Assembly (NCBI RefSeq): GCF_006345805.1
Contig: NC_042999.1
Coordinates: 43,772,001-43,836,000, forward strand
DNA length: 64,000 nt
Source: Octopus sinensis
Taxonomy: Eukaryota
Direction: 5' to 3'
Positions 12,634 to 26,412 of the stretch are shown here, in pieces. The notes under the pieces were generated by a model, which saw only the letters and a list, made by a program, of their open reading frames with translations, searched no databases and was not told the DNA's origin. The translations under genes and the position numbers were made by a program. Each line of letters opens with the position of its first letter. Within the stretch, counting starts at the first letter, position 1.

Positions 12634-14004
12634 TTAAGTCATCTCTTTGATGACACAACATAATCTATAATGTGAGATGAAAATTACCGACCTTTCATCT
12701 CGATTTCAAGTATCAGTCACTTTATTTACTTTAACCTCTTATCAAACAAAGGGTTCCAAAATTGCTAAGTAGATTTGGGAAACTGCTGACTCCCTTTTTA
12801 TTGTGACATCTGAAGCAGTTTTGTGCGCGCGTGCGCGTGTCTGTGTGTGCGCGTCTGTGTGTGTGTGTGTGTGCAAAACCCTTCTGTTCTATATATTTGT
12901 TTTATTTTTTTTTTATTGAAAATAGGATCTTGACGAGCTTATAATTCATTCGTAACCAAGAAGCCAAGGAATGTGCCTTTAAAACAAACAAAAGTAATTT
13001 TATATCAGATATAATGTCTTTACAATAATAATTAATACTGAACAAGAAAATGACATAAGCTATTTCTGTCTGTTTATTTAACAACGGCAGAAGATTAAAC
13101 AGATCGTATAACAATAAGATAAGACATCTCTGAAAACTCACAAATTACGCCATGCTACACAGAAGCGGGTGGAAATCTTTTCGTAGGCTAAAGGAACGGT
13201 TTTTAAAAGTTCTGTATGTAATTTCAATTATTAATGATTCATTTTCATCACGTCAGTGTAACGTGTGTGCATTATTTTTAAACATTCTGCTTATGATGAA
13301 TTATATTATCATGTAAAATGTTAGTCATGACCTTAAATAATAACCATTTTAACGAAGGAACCGCTTACCTGATCGCTGGATTTGCTAGAAATAAAAAAAA
13401 TAACAACCGAATCTCCATCAGATCACAGCCGACTATTATAAACGTTTCATAATGTAGTTCTAGGAACATTATTTCTGAAAAAAATATAATACATGAGATG
13501 GTCATATTTAGAACGTCTTTCATTATATGTCTGCTCGACTGAGATTATTTAACCTCCTCATTAAGAGTAAGCTGCAGTTGTCGCTAATTGTTTACTTATC
13601 TGTTCTCCAAGCAAAAATAGTTTCAATAAGTCAAGAATTCATTTGTATGGTATTTAGTAGACTTTTCCTCGTCTTTGTTGTCCAGATTCATTCACTCACC
13701 ATTCTGAGTTATTTTTCTGAGGTTCATTTTTGTTTTATCTATATTATGCAAATTATTCTAAAACTTAAATGTTTTCTACTCATATTGCATATGTCTATGA
13801 CTAAAACCATATATCTGGCTAGAATCAAAGTAGTTACGGGTGACTTAAACAACTGGTATTGGTTTGCATAAGTCCTTATAACTTAGTGATTCGGCAAAGA
13901 GAAACCAGTAGACTTCTTAAGTCGACTGAAGAAACAAAATTAGTACTGGTGTCAGTTTGATCGATTAAGCCCTTCGAGGCAGTGTCCTCTTAAGGTCGCA
14001 TGCC

Positions 14005-14320
14005 TATGGAGCATTCCGTCGGTTACGACGACGAGGATCCCAGCTGATACGATTAACGGAACAGCCTGCTCGTGAAATTAACGTGCAATCCACAGACACG
14101 CGTACCCCTAACGTAGTTCTCAGGGAGATTCAGCGTGACACAGAGTGTGACAAGGGCGGCCCTTTGAAATACAGGTACAACACATTTTTGCCAGCTGAGT
14201 GGACTGGAGCAACGTGAACTAAAGTGTCTCGCTCAAGGACACAACACGTCGCCGGGAATCGAACTCACGACCTTACAATCGTGAGCCGAATGCCACAACC
14301 ACTAAGCCACGCGCTTTCAC
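14005..14320 (-). mobile_element. SINE group C (tRNA head, CORE-like centre, tail type 2)
   Basis: Minus strand GCGTGGCTTAGTGGTTG...GAGTTCGATTCCCGG, TTGTGTCCTTGAGCGAGACAC (CORE-like), tail ending CCTCGTCGTCGTAACCGACGGA. Confidence 0.85.
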
Positions 14321-14893
14321 CGCAGGCCTATGACTGAAGCTAGAACCTGAATAAAAGAGAATATTTGTTGTCTAGTCAACAAACGTGAGACGGATTATTC
14401 GTCTGGCTCCCAAGTCAGCGTGCGCGATTTCATGACTGAGTCTGATAGCTATTCCACATCTTCCTTCAACGAACGAACTTTGTAACAGATCTGCCACCAG
14501 CCGATAGTTATTCCTGCGTTTCTAGTTCTACAGATATGTGTTTGTCATTCTTTATCTAAATATTTTCTTTCAAAGAATCTATCTTTTTTTTTTTTTACGG
14601 AGATGTACTTGCATAGCAAGTAACCTGATCTGAGATCGTGTGCTGGAACGAAAACAATTGCAGCGTGGAAGGTGTTTATAAGCCATTTAAGAAACACACA
14701 AAACCCGTTAGATACATTTCAACATATAAATTTAATTTGTCAAAATATTTTCGTCGCTTTGAAACCGCGACCTGTTCACTGACAAAATTCCGTGCTTTAT
14801 TTATTTATTTATTTATTTGTGTTAGTCTATTTAACAAGCTATGCATTTACAAACACATCTGTACTTATACACTGGTATTATTCATATCAGTAA

Positions 14894-15122
14894 GGCGGCG
14901 AGCTGGCAGAAACGTTAGCACGCCGGGCGAGATGCTTAGCGGTATTTCGTCTGCGTTACGTTGTGAGTTCAAATTCCGCCGAGGTCGCTTTGCCTTTCAT
15001 CCTTTCGGGGTCGATAAATTAAGTACCAGTTACGCACTGGGGTCGATGTAATCGACTTAATACCTATGTCTGTCCTTGTTTGTCCCCTCTGTGTTTAGCC
15101 CCTTGTGGATAATAAAGAAATA
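14894..15122 (+). mobile_element. SINE group D (long-tail form) with 20-bp TSD
   Basis: TSD GGTATTATTCATATCA(G/C)TAA at 14874-14893 and 15123-15142. Confidence 0.92.
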
Positions 15123-15334
15123 GGTATTATTCATATCACTAACTGGAACGGTCAATTTGAAATACGATTCGTCCATCAGTCGGTTATGAGATAATATTCT
15201 GCGGCCGAAGTTGTGCCGAGCACTTGTGAAAATTACTCACTCATTTCCTTCTACTTGACCCGAAGCGAGGATGGATGTAGGAGATTGGATTAGAACTTAG
15301 CATAACCAGAGGCATGGTGACTCGACTTTTTAGA

Positions 15335-15685
15335 ATGCTTTTTTTTTTTTTTTTTTTAAAAAAAGACTCCGCCAGTTACGACGACGAGGGTCCCAGCTGA
15401 TACGATCAACGGAACAGCTTGCTCGTGTAATTAACGTGCAAATGGCTGAGCATTCCACAGACACGTGTACCCTTAACGTAGTTCTCGGGGATAATCAGCG
15501 TGACACAGAGAGTGACAAGGCTGACCCTTTGAAATACAAGTACAACTCATTTTTGCCAGCTGAGTGGACTGGAGCAACGTGAAATAAAGTGTCTTGCTCA
15601 AGGACACAACGCGTCGCCGGGAATCGAACTCGCAACCTTACGATCATGAGCCGAATGCCCTAACCACTAAGCCACGCGCCCTCAC
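15335..15685 (-). mobile_element. SINE group C with poly(A) tail
   Basis: Homologous to 14005-14320; AGAATGCTT on both sides (probable TSD); poly(T) on the plus strand. Confidence 0.88.
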
Positions 15686-15719
15686 TCAGAATGCTTAAAG
15701 GACACTTATATACATGCAC

Positions 15720-15760
<41 letters not shown>

Positions 15761-16084
15761 CAAAAGCAAAGTCATTTTTCACTTTGAATTGCTGTTTCAA
15801 AAACTTAAGCAGTTCATGAAAATAAGCCAAGTCCTCATAAGTCCTCGACTCGGTTTCGTTCTCTGTCGTATCCATTTTCTTCTCAAAACAGTCAGCATAG
15901 CATCATCCCATTCGAAATCCGAAATTTTGTGTCTTCGTGGGAAAAGAATAATTGAAGAAAATTATAAGATGTTTGAAAATTAAAAGCAAAAGCATTTCCG
16001 TTGGAGTATATCTAATGAATGTTTTGTATTGATTGGACGCATGCGGCTTTGTATTAATACGAGAGAACACCGAGTTGTTGTGAC

Positions 16085-16410
16085 GTTCTTATGTTATATG
16101 CATGTTGATTGTTCCTTCTCAAGCCATGCCTGGCTCATTATGGGCTGGTTTCCCGGTTTCCTTGGCATATAGGTTCCCCACCTGGACGGGACGCCGGTCC
16201 GTCGCATTTGAGCTGCAAGATGCAGGAGGAAAGAGTGACCGAAAGTTGTGGCGAAAGAGTCAGCAGAAGTTCGCCATTACCTTCTGCCGGAGCCGCGTGG
16301 AGCTTATAGGTGTTTCGCTCATAAACATACACATCGCCCGGTCTGAGATTCGAACCCGCGATCCTTCCACCGCGAGTCCGCTGCTCTAACCACTAGGCCA
16401 TGTGACTCTA
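16085..16410 (-). mobile_element. SINE group A head with tail type 3 (V-domain-like)
   Basis: Head TGGCCTAGTGGTTAGAGCAGCGGACTCGCGG; tail GCGACGGACCGGCGTCCCGTCCAGGTGGGG...GAAACCGGGAAACC; homologous to 62528-62835. Confidence 0.8.
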
Positions 16411-17859
16411 CATTATATGCACGTAATATCAGCTAACATAAGCGAAATAGCCTCAACCAAGAATTGAAACTAGGTTCTAGATTTGACCTTGTACTCTACT
16501 GCGATTAAAATGCCCTGAAGAGAATTTCTAAAAAGTAATTCTAAAGTGGAAGACATATAAGCCATTCAAAAACACACAATAACAATTAACTTTCATTTCA
16601 ACAGTTTCTGAATGGCTAATATGTGTCTTCCACGCGGTCGTTGCTTTAGTTTTTTTCTTTTTTCGCTGGTTCATTATATGCATGGAGCTGCGTGTGAATG
16701 ATATAACAGCACCAAGCAAACATTTAGAAGTAACTTTTATTTCATTGCACAAGTAATATTTAAGTTGGTCATAAATTATAAGTTTCAGTATTAGATCAAC
16801 ACAATTGAAAAAAATAATCTACTACTTATGAATGCTATAATTAGTTGATTACAGAAGCTCTATACTGAAGCTTGACAAGACAAGAGAAAATATACACAGC
16901 AGATTCATTTAGGCCAGCTAAATCGGCATAGCCAAGCTGAGCAGACAATCGTGGGAACGACTTTTACGAAGGTGAGAGAGCGTGTGCAGCAGGTTCTCAA
17001 GTTAACATGCACTCTGGATATTGGCGCTAAAAATTAGCCTTTATATAATCCTTGAAGGGAAAAGCTCCAGAAGGATCTAGATTGATCTATCATGTGAAAT
17101 CTGGCTGTTGATTGGACAAATAACTCGGCCTTTCACGTGAACAAGCCGTTGTTATGTCATGACTTTGGTTTCGTAATTCGACGACTCGGTTTCGAGTCTC
17201 GCTACACTTTCAATATACAATCTCAGATCCGATCAACTGCTGGACAAGTACATCTCCTAAATTTGATAAAACGTTATAACTCCATCAGCAAAACACCCTC
17301 ATTCTGCTTCGTTTTTTTTTTTCTGTTTTGGATCTATAATTATATCTGATTATTTTTTGTGAGTACCTATCAGTCGCATAGACTGCACATGTAATTCAAA
17401 GGTGTAACCGTGTCACACTGATCCAGTTAACAGGACGCATGCCTTTGGAATACTCAGCCACTTAAATGATAATTCAATGAGAAGATATCTAATAACAGCA
17501 ATCAATTGACTACTTATCGTCGAAACCGACGGAGATCCAACTGAGAGAGGGGGAGGGAAGAGACTGAGAAGATAGAGAGAGAGATACAGACATGCGGGAA
17601 ATAATAAAACTGCATGACAAAATGAAAAAGTTTTTTGGCAAAGTAATAATAAAGGTGAATTTTAGCTTCTTTTACGAAAATGAAGTAAGTTTTGCTCTAT
17701 CACATCTAGATTCTGATCTACAAGCTACTCCCTATATACCAAATTTACAGAAATGTAATGTAGCACACGGGACATCAAGTGTTCCCAATTGTCTTTTTGA
17801 GAATGCTTTTAATTGTTCTTTTTGTGACAGTCTTTAATGAGAGAGCCGTAAAAGTAGGA

Positions 17860-18560
17860 TATAATACATATTAGATCATCCCTATTTTTAGGACACTTTG
17901 AATTAAATGCGTATTTCTGATGTCATAGTGACTTGTATCAAATTGGTAATTGCTCTCTCTCCACTGTGGACTGCGATTTTTTATTCCTCCACTTTCGTTT
18001 GCTTCAAGTGTGTGTCTCAATGACCTAGACCACTTTTGCTACATCAGACCACTTTTGCTACAACTGTGGCATTCAAGGACTGTAGGAGAAGCATCATGTC
18101 ACTCATACAAGCAAGAGACAAGATTTACTTCAAAATTAAACTAGGTGACCAAGATAGATGTTTTGCTCTACATATTGTAGGCAAGGGTTGTAGCGATCGG
18201 CTTTCCTTGTAGTCCAGTGGCAAGCTGAAGCGAATGACATTTGCCACTCCAATGGCATGATGAGAACAAAGCAACCATTCTACTGATTACCACTTTTGCA
18301 TTTCTAATGTTGACGGGTTCAATAAGAAAACTTTCCCAAGACCACAGTCATATGAAGATGATATTCCTCCTGTACCTAACAAACAATAATTGAGTGAGTC
18401 AGATTATGATTCCAATGACAAAACTGAATGTGAAAATGACAAGGATTTTAAAATTCCTCATTCAAGCCCTAAATTAGATCAAGAAGAACCGGATCATTTT
18501 GTTCAAAAGTTGGGTCTTTCCAAGAATGATGTTTATTTGGATGGGAAAATTTGGTATCTT
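17860..18560 (+). pseudogene. Decayed Chapaev3-like (CMC) transposase, N-terminal region
   Basis: Translates CLNDLDHFCY..CG / KIKLGDQDRCFALHI / TPMA**EQSNHSTDYHFC / LDQEEPDHFVQKLGLSK, matching the FCYxCG, LGDQDKxWAPH, PMxWREPxNHxxDCYFC and LxQxELNDLVRDLGLSK motifs I recall for this family; has stops, frameshifts and a 19-bp duplication. Confidence 0.7.
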
Positions 18561-19009
18561 AGGCCAAGGAACTAAAACAACAGCGTAGAGGCATCGGTGG
18601 TTATTCACTGACGGTAGTGTTTCCAGCCTAAAGGAAGTCCTTTGGCGTGTTGGGAATGGGTAACCAGGGATTCCAATGGGTTAATCGAAGAAGACAAAAG
18701 TCATGTGATACTATCAAGAGGTTAATTTTCTTGATCGGGTATGGTTTCTAGTGGAAAGCTGGAAGGGACTTGAAGATCATAGGTTTTATAACTGGAATGT
18801 AAAAGGGCTACACGAAGTACTTGAGACGGCTGACATCTCTCAGTCACATTGTCTTATTTATCCCCTCTTTACAGGACTAACGCATTCTTCACGTTAAATA
18901 CACGCACACGCAAAAATACGCGCGCGCCCGTACACACTACGGGCGCGCGCGCATACACATGCTGGTTCCCATGTCTAAAGAGCTGTCAGTTATTTCCAAT
19001 TGCAATAGT

Positions 19010-19209
19010 TGGTATACTCTTTTACTTGTTTCAGTCATTTGACTGTGGCTATGCTGGAGCACCGCCTTTACTCGAGCAAATCGAACCCAGGACTTATTCT
19101 TTGTAAGCCTAGTACTTATTCTATCGGTGACTTTTGCCGAACCGATAAGTTACAGGGACGTAAACACACCAGTATCGGTTGTCAAGCGATGTTGGGGGGA
19201 CAAACACAG

Positions 19210-19246
<37 letters not shown>

Positions 19247-19410
19247 CATATATACGACGGGCTTCTTTCAGTTTCCGCCTACCAAATCCACTCACAAGGC
19301 TTTGGTCGGCCCGAGGCTATAGTAGAAGACACTTGCCCAAGGTGCCACGCAGTGGGACTGGACCCGGATCCATGTGGTTGGTAAGCAAGCTACTTACCAC
19401 ATAGCCACAT
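19010..19410 (-). mobile_element. SINE group B, near full length
   Basis: Reverse complement of 21298-21700; internal (CA)n/(TA)n. Confidence 0.92.
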
Positions 19411-19519
19411 GGCATAACCAGTAATATGTAGTCCGACGTTATATAAAAATGTAATCGTTCTGTTACTCATTTTGCTTGTGCTTTGCATTTTTTAAATTAT
19501 AGATGTCACACTAAGGATG

Positions 19520-19925
19520 GTAACTTGGCAGAATCGATAGAACGTCGAAAGAAATTCATAGTGGTACTTCTTCCGGTTCCTTCCGATCTGAGTTCAAATC
19601 TCGTCGAGCTCAACTTTGCTGTTCATCCTTTTCAGCTCATTAAAATATAGTGCTTGTCAAATACTTGTGTCGGTGGTATCGCACTCACCCTCTCCGTTTA
19701 GAAATTGCTGGCCTAGTGCCTAAAATTTTATTTTCTAATTTTGGCGCAAGGCCGGCAATTTTGAGGGGTGGGAAATCAATTACATCGACTCCGGTACATG
19801 AATACTACTTGTTTTGTCGATCACGAAAGGAAGAGGCAAAGTTAATCTCAACTTAGAACTTTAAAAAACCGGAATAAATGCCGCAATGCATTTTGTCCGA
19901 GTCCTGCGCTAACGATTCTGCCAGC
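19520..19925. mobile_element. Two diverged SINE D copies, tail to tail
   Basis: Plus copy TGGCAGAATCGATAG...GAGTTCAAATC; minus copy ending GCTAACGATTCTGCCAGCTC. Confidence 0.7.
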
Positions 19926-20167
19926 TCCCCTTGTGCCTCAAATTAGAAACCATTATTATAAGTCAGCTAGTTAACCAATTAACTAATCAAAACATCGATT
20001 GCTGGATTAAACTACCTATTAACCAATCAATCAGTCGACTTGTCGGAGTCTTTTTGTCGCCATTCGTGACGTCATTAATGAGCTGCTCTCGTTACTCCAA
20101 GACTGTCATGTTGAAACCAAGCTAAAGTTGAAATGAGGAATGGGAAGCACTCCGTCGGTTACAGTTG

Positions 20168-20510
20168 ATCCGAATCAACGGAACAGCCTGCTCGTGAAAT
20201 TAACGTGTAAGTGGCTGAGCACTCCACAGACACGTGCACCCTTAACGTAGTTCTCGGGGATATTCAGCGTGACACAGAGAGTGACAAGGCCGGCCCTTTG
20301 AAATACAGGTACAACAGAAACAGGAAGTAAGAGTGAGAGAAAGTTGTGGTGAAAGAGTACAGCAGGGATCACCACCATCCCCTGCCGGAGCCTCGTGGAG
20401 CTTTAGGTGTTTTCGCTCAATAAACACTCACAACGCCCGGTCTGGGAATCGAAACCGCGATCCTATGACCGCGAGTCCACTGCCCTAACCACTGAGCCAT
20501 TGCGCCTCCA
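20168..20510 (-). mobile_element. SINE group A head with tail type 2
   Basis: Group A head joined to the TTGTACCTGTATTTCAAAGGG...GTAACCGACGGAGTG tail found in group C; flanks GAA(A/G)TGAGGAAT. Confidence 0.88.
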
Positions 20511-21297
20511 TAGAAGTGAGGAATACATATAATTAGCTCAAGCTTGAAAATCTACAGAGAGAAAAATTTTTTGTGTGAGGGGAAAATGTTTGGGTGATTA
20601 AGTGTGATAAAAGGAACACATATGTTCTTTTTATTACAAGTTACTTCAGAATTTCTTGGAAGAATATTATCCAAATGCCTTGAATGTCCATTAGTGGGTC
20701 CGAAATCAGTTGTGCATAAAGCTAAGTTGAAGCTTGAACGAATTACGGAAGTTTACTTGGTGCCTTAAGGCAACAAAACTAAAACACATACCCACACATA
20801 CCTTCAGACACATTTCTGAAATATACGCGCACTAAATAAACACAATCCGTCATTAATACATTCGTGTGTGTGTGTGTGTTGTGTCTGTATGATGTGTGTA
20901 CATATGGGGGGGGGGTACCATCTCACACACACACACATATGATTAAACTATAGGTACATACATCCGTTCATATAATGTCAATATATGAACACAGATATTT
21001 ATAAATATAAGCACACATACACATGTTTATGTATATGTCGTGTGTGTGTGTGTGAAAGTTAAATGTATGTATGGGATGATTTTTCATGTATTTTACACAT
21101 ATATGCTCACACAACAATTCGTTAGAACATAAACGTTCACGAAATACCAGCGAATATACATAACCATTCAATTTTCACATACACACAGATACACATCGCT
21201 ATGCAACACACATGCGGCGGCACGCAACACATACGTGCACATGAAAAAGAACCCATACACGCGAAAACTTATCCCTTACAAATATTTAATTTACACA

Positions 21298-21700
21298 TAT
21301 AGGAGTGGCTGTGTGGTAAGTAGCTTGCTTACCAACCACATAGTTCTGGGTTCATTCCCACTGCGTGGCACCTTGGTCAAGTGTCTTCTACTATAGCCTC
21401 GGGCCGACCAAAGCCTTGTGAGTGGATTTGGTGGACGGAAACTGAAAGAAGCCCGTCATATATATGTATATACATGTATGTGCGTGTATATGTTTGTATG
21501 TCTGTGTTTGTCCCCCCCCCAACATTGCTTGACAACCGATGCTGGTGTGTTTACGTCCCCGTAACTTATCGGTTCGGCAAAAGTCACCGATAGAATAAGT
21601 ACTAGACTTACAAAGAATAAGCCGTGGGTTCGATTTGCTCGAGTAAAGGCGGTGCTCCAGCATGGCCGCAGTCAAATGACTGAAACAAGTAAAAGAGTAA
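21298..21700 (+). mobile_element. SINE group B, near full length
   Basis: ATAGGAGTGGCTGTGTGGTAAG head to GACTGAAACAAGTAAAAGAG tail. Confidence 0.92.
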
Positions 21701-23939
21701 TACATATATGCAAGCATATAATCACATACACACACGCTTTTTCCTGTACACACCGACCTACCTACACACACACACACATACACACACACACGAAGCACAA
21801 TGCAATGCACTCTATCTATTTATGTGGTGAGTCCCTCAGAACTTATTGACCAGAAATCCACAGGGCTTTCACCTACACACGCTCACTCCATGTAAGCATA
21901 TAAACATTCTGTACACCCCGCCGCATACACAACGAAGCACCATGCTACTCACATGCACACACACACACACACACACACACACCACACACACACAGAATCA
22001 TACACACACGTTTATGTGGAGCGGCTCTCAGAACTTGGTGACCAGAAAACCGTAGGAGTTTGTAACTGATGCCAAACTCACCTCGTAACTATATCTTAAT
22101 AGCATTCACCTCTTGCTACGTTTTGCACCAGAAAGACGCAGGCTTGACTTAAATACAAAAAAAAAAAAATGACTGCTAGCAAACAAGGTGTAATGCAACG
22201 AAAAATCCATCAACCCAAATGGTAGACCCCGTTGGATATCTTCACGTTGAGTTTGCCAATTATTAAGATTGATTAGTTAGGATAAATTTTAACTGGCAGT
22301 ACAACCCCCTAGGCAACCACTGATACCGTAATATACCCTAGTACTGCCCGTTTGTTTTAATTTCTACTGCTTTATCAACGAAGGAGTTGTTGGTTGAGGA
22401 AACAATCTTATGGAGGTAAGTAATTTATCTAGAACTTTTTTCTTTTAGATGAGTGAGTTCCGATATGTTATTTCGCTGAAATTTCCACAATCTTAGTGCA
22501 ACGTTAAGAGAGTGTTGGCACTCGGCCCAACTTTTCTCAGTAACTGGAGCTTCTGAGAATTTTAAAGTTATATTTTGTTGTAGTTGTTATTGTTGTTGTT
22601 ATGGTCGCTGCTGCTGCTGTTGTTGTTGTTGTTGTTGTTGTTGTTGCTGGTGGTGGTAGTGTTGGTGTGTGTGTGTTTTATATCTTCATTTTGTATTTTC
22701 CAGTGATCGTTCGTACTGGAATATGTCATTTCTAAGTTCTCTGGGCATAAAGAGGTTGGGAGATAATTTCGAATCCATCGTTGCTTTTTTTATCTGTAGA
22801 ATTATGGATTCGGAAATATTACAGTTAAATAGCTAAAGAAAGACAACTAGTCTTTTCCAAATCCTGTATAGCAATAGAGTCAGTAATCAAATCCAGTTTC
22901 TGTAAAGTTAAACGAATTGGTGATGACCGTCTCCCTTAGTAGGAAATCTTTCACGCATTACCTAGCGAAAACATTTCACAATTACACAGTACCATGGTAC
23001 TATCGTTGTTTATGACAAAGTACTATACTTCCCTATCTACATCTAGATAGAATTGTACGAAAACAGTTAAGTATTGTTTTCAGAGACACCGTACGTTCAA
23101 CGATTCAAAGAAGTACAGCTTTGTTCTGTTTCTCTATAGCAATTACTTACAATTCCAAAATGAAGTCAAGTTCCCATCCCTGTTCTAAGAGATGATAAAA
23201 TAAGATTTCAAATAGATAAACTATATTCTATGTCTTATCTAATAATACATTTTCTTTTCTTTTGCACAACGATTTTGTTTAAGACTTATTGCATAGATTT
23301 CCTCACTTAACTGTAAAGCATACAAAGATAAAAGTCATGACATTGATGTGAATTAAGTTGGGTTTACTTTTTTTTTTGCAATTCTTTTGGTTTCCATTCA
23401 ACCACTTGAGAGAAAAGGGACCAAATGGAAGATGAGTGTCACTGGCAGACTTTTGCGAAAAACCATAAAAAGGCCCTACAAAAAAATCTCATTAAATGGG
23501 CAATTAAAAAAGTGTAATGGGGTACATCTCCCGTTAAGAAGAGATGTACATACCTCTTTACAATTGAGAAGGGATTTATTTCCTATGAAGGTGAGTCCCG
23601 TGAAGAAGAGCTCCTCTCCAACGAGAAGGAATCCGTCTCCTCAGACGTGGAAACGACTTTTCACGAAGAGGAACCTAGCTGCTTCCCGAATGAAACGTAG
23701 CTCACAGTCCTTTGCAGTGAAATAATAGATCTAGTATATTATAAACACAAAGAGCTTCTTAAACGAAGTGCTGATCTGGAAGGAGGTCGAATCAAATTAC
23801 ATACAGCACTAAAAACTTCTAAGAAACTTATTATCTAGAAGACGTGGGTCTCACTCGCTCACTCTGACCCATGCGGTCCTCACGGAAGATTCTGGACTTT
23901 CAGGCCATTGTGTCAATTTGTATATATTATTGAGACCAT

Positions 23940-24425
23940 AGTGAAGATCCTGATTTTCCAAAAGATATCGAGGACCTCTGAATTCTATTTGAAATTTCAT
24001 CATCAAGATTTGCATCTCTGTTTAACATACTGCCAAGATATTTGAAAGTAGAAACGCTTTTTAAAATGAACCATATACCATTATTTTAGAACCGAGGCTT
24101 TCTAGGTCAGGGCTGATAAAGAATAGCAGTTTTCTTGTGTTTTTGCTGACATGAATTGGTATCTCTTCAATACACACGACTTGTATTGAATATCATCTTG
24201 CACTGCAATTCTGACACTCCTTGCCAATATATTAAGTTCTTTAGAGATCCTCACTGATTTTCCGAATTTTGTGTACAAAAGATCTTGCAGCATTTTGAAA
24301 GATTCATTGTGATGCCTAACAAGTTACATGCCAATAAAACTTTATCGATAAGATTGTGAGGATTGTTTTTTTATTTCCGTGCGACAATATCATTGTCATC
24401 AGCATACAAGGTGTCTTCTATCAGA
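23940..24425 (-). pseudogene. RTE-like LINE reverse transcriptase relic
   Basis: Minus strand EDTLYADDNDIVA (YADD at 24395-24406), KKTAILYQP, KIMVYG, STFKYLGSMLNRDANLDDEISNRI; stops and frameshifts. Confidence 0.82.
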
Positions 24426-24837
24426 GATATTAAAATATGCGATTTAGAATTTGAGGTTGAGTAACTCACCGGTTATATGGTAATGTATGATAAATACCTG
24501 CAGAATAGTCTTTGAAAGCGAATGAATCAATATTGAAATGTATAAGGCAAATATTAGTAAACCACTGATTGAAAAATAGCTCTGAGTATTTTCCACCAAT
24601 TACAAAACAGATTCTTATATTATCATGCAAAGCTTGAAGTTTGTAAATTTATCAGGACAAACAACTAAGTAAGGTCAATGAAGAAATGATAATTATCAAC
24701 TCCCTGTTCAATGCGTTTTTCACGTAACTGACGAGCTGAAAATATTATATCATTGGTGCTGATTGAAGAAGACATATCTCAATGTAGTAAATGAGTCTGT
24801 TAAGAATAAGTTGCTCAGGATTTTCCCTACAAAAGGC

Positions 24838-25050
24838 AACGAACTGGCAGAATCGTTAGCATGCCAGACAAAATGCTAAACGGTACTTCGTCTGTCTTTA
24901 CGTTCTGAGGTTCGAATTCTGCTGAAGCCGACTTTGTCTTTCAATCTTTCAGGATCAATGAAACAAGTACCAATTGAACATTGGGTTCGATGTAATCGAC
25001 TTAACCCCTCCCCGAAATTGCTGGCCTTGTGCCAACATTTTAAACCAGCA
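24838..25050 (+). mobile_element. SINE group D (short-tail), diverged
   Basis: AACTGGCAGAATCGTTAGCA...GGTTCGAATTC...AAGTACCAATTGA. Confidence 0.78.
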
Positions 25051-26380
25051 TTTTTCTTCCTCAATGACGAAAAATATTTTTAAAAAACCTTGAAAACTAC
25101 CGCATATGTCTGTAGTGAATCTTGCAAGCATGAAGTGGATTCGATCCACCATAGCCAAATTTAAATTAACACTGCAACAGAACTTTTCCCACGGTGGAAC
25201 AATGGTTTTTCTCTGACGGCAGTATACATTTTCCAGATGCCTTTAGCTAGGCCGAAATAATGTCTTCACCACTTGACCCTTATAACCTCTTCTACTTCAC
25301 CAAAAGCCAGAATAGATATAACAAGACCACCAACTAAATCTATTGTTCTCAATGATATATCTAACCTTCTGGATAGTTATAAAAGCAAGAACACCCCAAG
25401 CAAAAGTCAGTCGGTGACGACTCAATGAGTTCAGTCGCATGGTGACGACTCAATGAGAACGAAGTCTGACTGACCAGCTAGAACCTTGGTCAGAGGGAGA
25501 AATGAAGTTTACTGTCAGCAACTGTGAGACAACGGCCCACAACCCTGCAACTCTCATTAGCTCAAATTCTGTTCTCTTAGAACATCATTCTATCTTTCTC
25601 TGTAATTACTACTAAACAATGAAGAGAACACAAACACAAACTTTACTTCGCATGCTTTTGGATTTATCATAACCTGCTCGTCGAGGCAAGGCATTATAAC
25701 GTAACGGTAAATAAATATTTCCTTAAAACTTCATGCATTGTCCATCTTTCACATCCTACAGTATGCCGTTATAATAACAAATTTTTATGGTTACAACTGC
25801 TGACTCTGATATTTCATATTATTGTGTACCTAATCAATCTTATCCATTTGTAATATGTCTTTACCACTGTTTCCTTAGTATAATACCTCCAGTCTTCAAA
25901 CTGTATCAATTTCCTACATATTAAATATAAGATGCAGAATATAAAGAGTCCTATCCCTTCCACCACCCTAATATAATCACTTCTGTTCGAATGACATCAA
26001 AATTAGAGTTTCTGTTTTCAACTTAACACAAAGCAGTTCTCATTTCAGGAAAATTTCATCGATCTTAAAAAAATTTTTTAATCTTTTATTGGAAGTCACT
26101 TAAAACAAGGAGGAGAGCAACTAACAATAAAACAGGTTTCAATCAACCAGTTAGTTACGGATGAAAAAGAAAAAGAAATAAAGAATTCTAATGAGAATCT
26201 TTCTGAACAATCATAAAACGATCACCGAGAGCTTTGCTGGATGAGGACCAATATATATACTTAACAAATTACGAAAATACCCTTATATCCGTTAGTTCTG
26301 TTTGAAAATAAGTGTTTTGCCATTCTTAGTCCTATAAACACACGCACGTCGCACACACTTATGTCTATGTATGGATATGG

Positions 26381-26412
<32 letters not shown>

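Noticed and set aside
20430-20510. tRNA-like sequences with A and B boxes at SINE heads
   Set aside because: No complete cloverleaf or acceptor stem, and each continues into a SINE body; these are not tRNA genes.
22416-22448. Perfect-looking GTAAGT...TTTTAG intron
   Set aside because: Only 33 nt, and the spliced product hits stop codons quickly in all frames.
25330-25710. LTR-like segment with TATAAAA and a duplicated GGTGACGACTCAATGAG
   Set aside because: No clean TG...CA termini or TSD could be placed.
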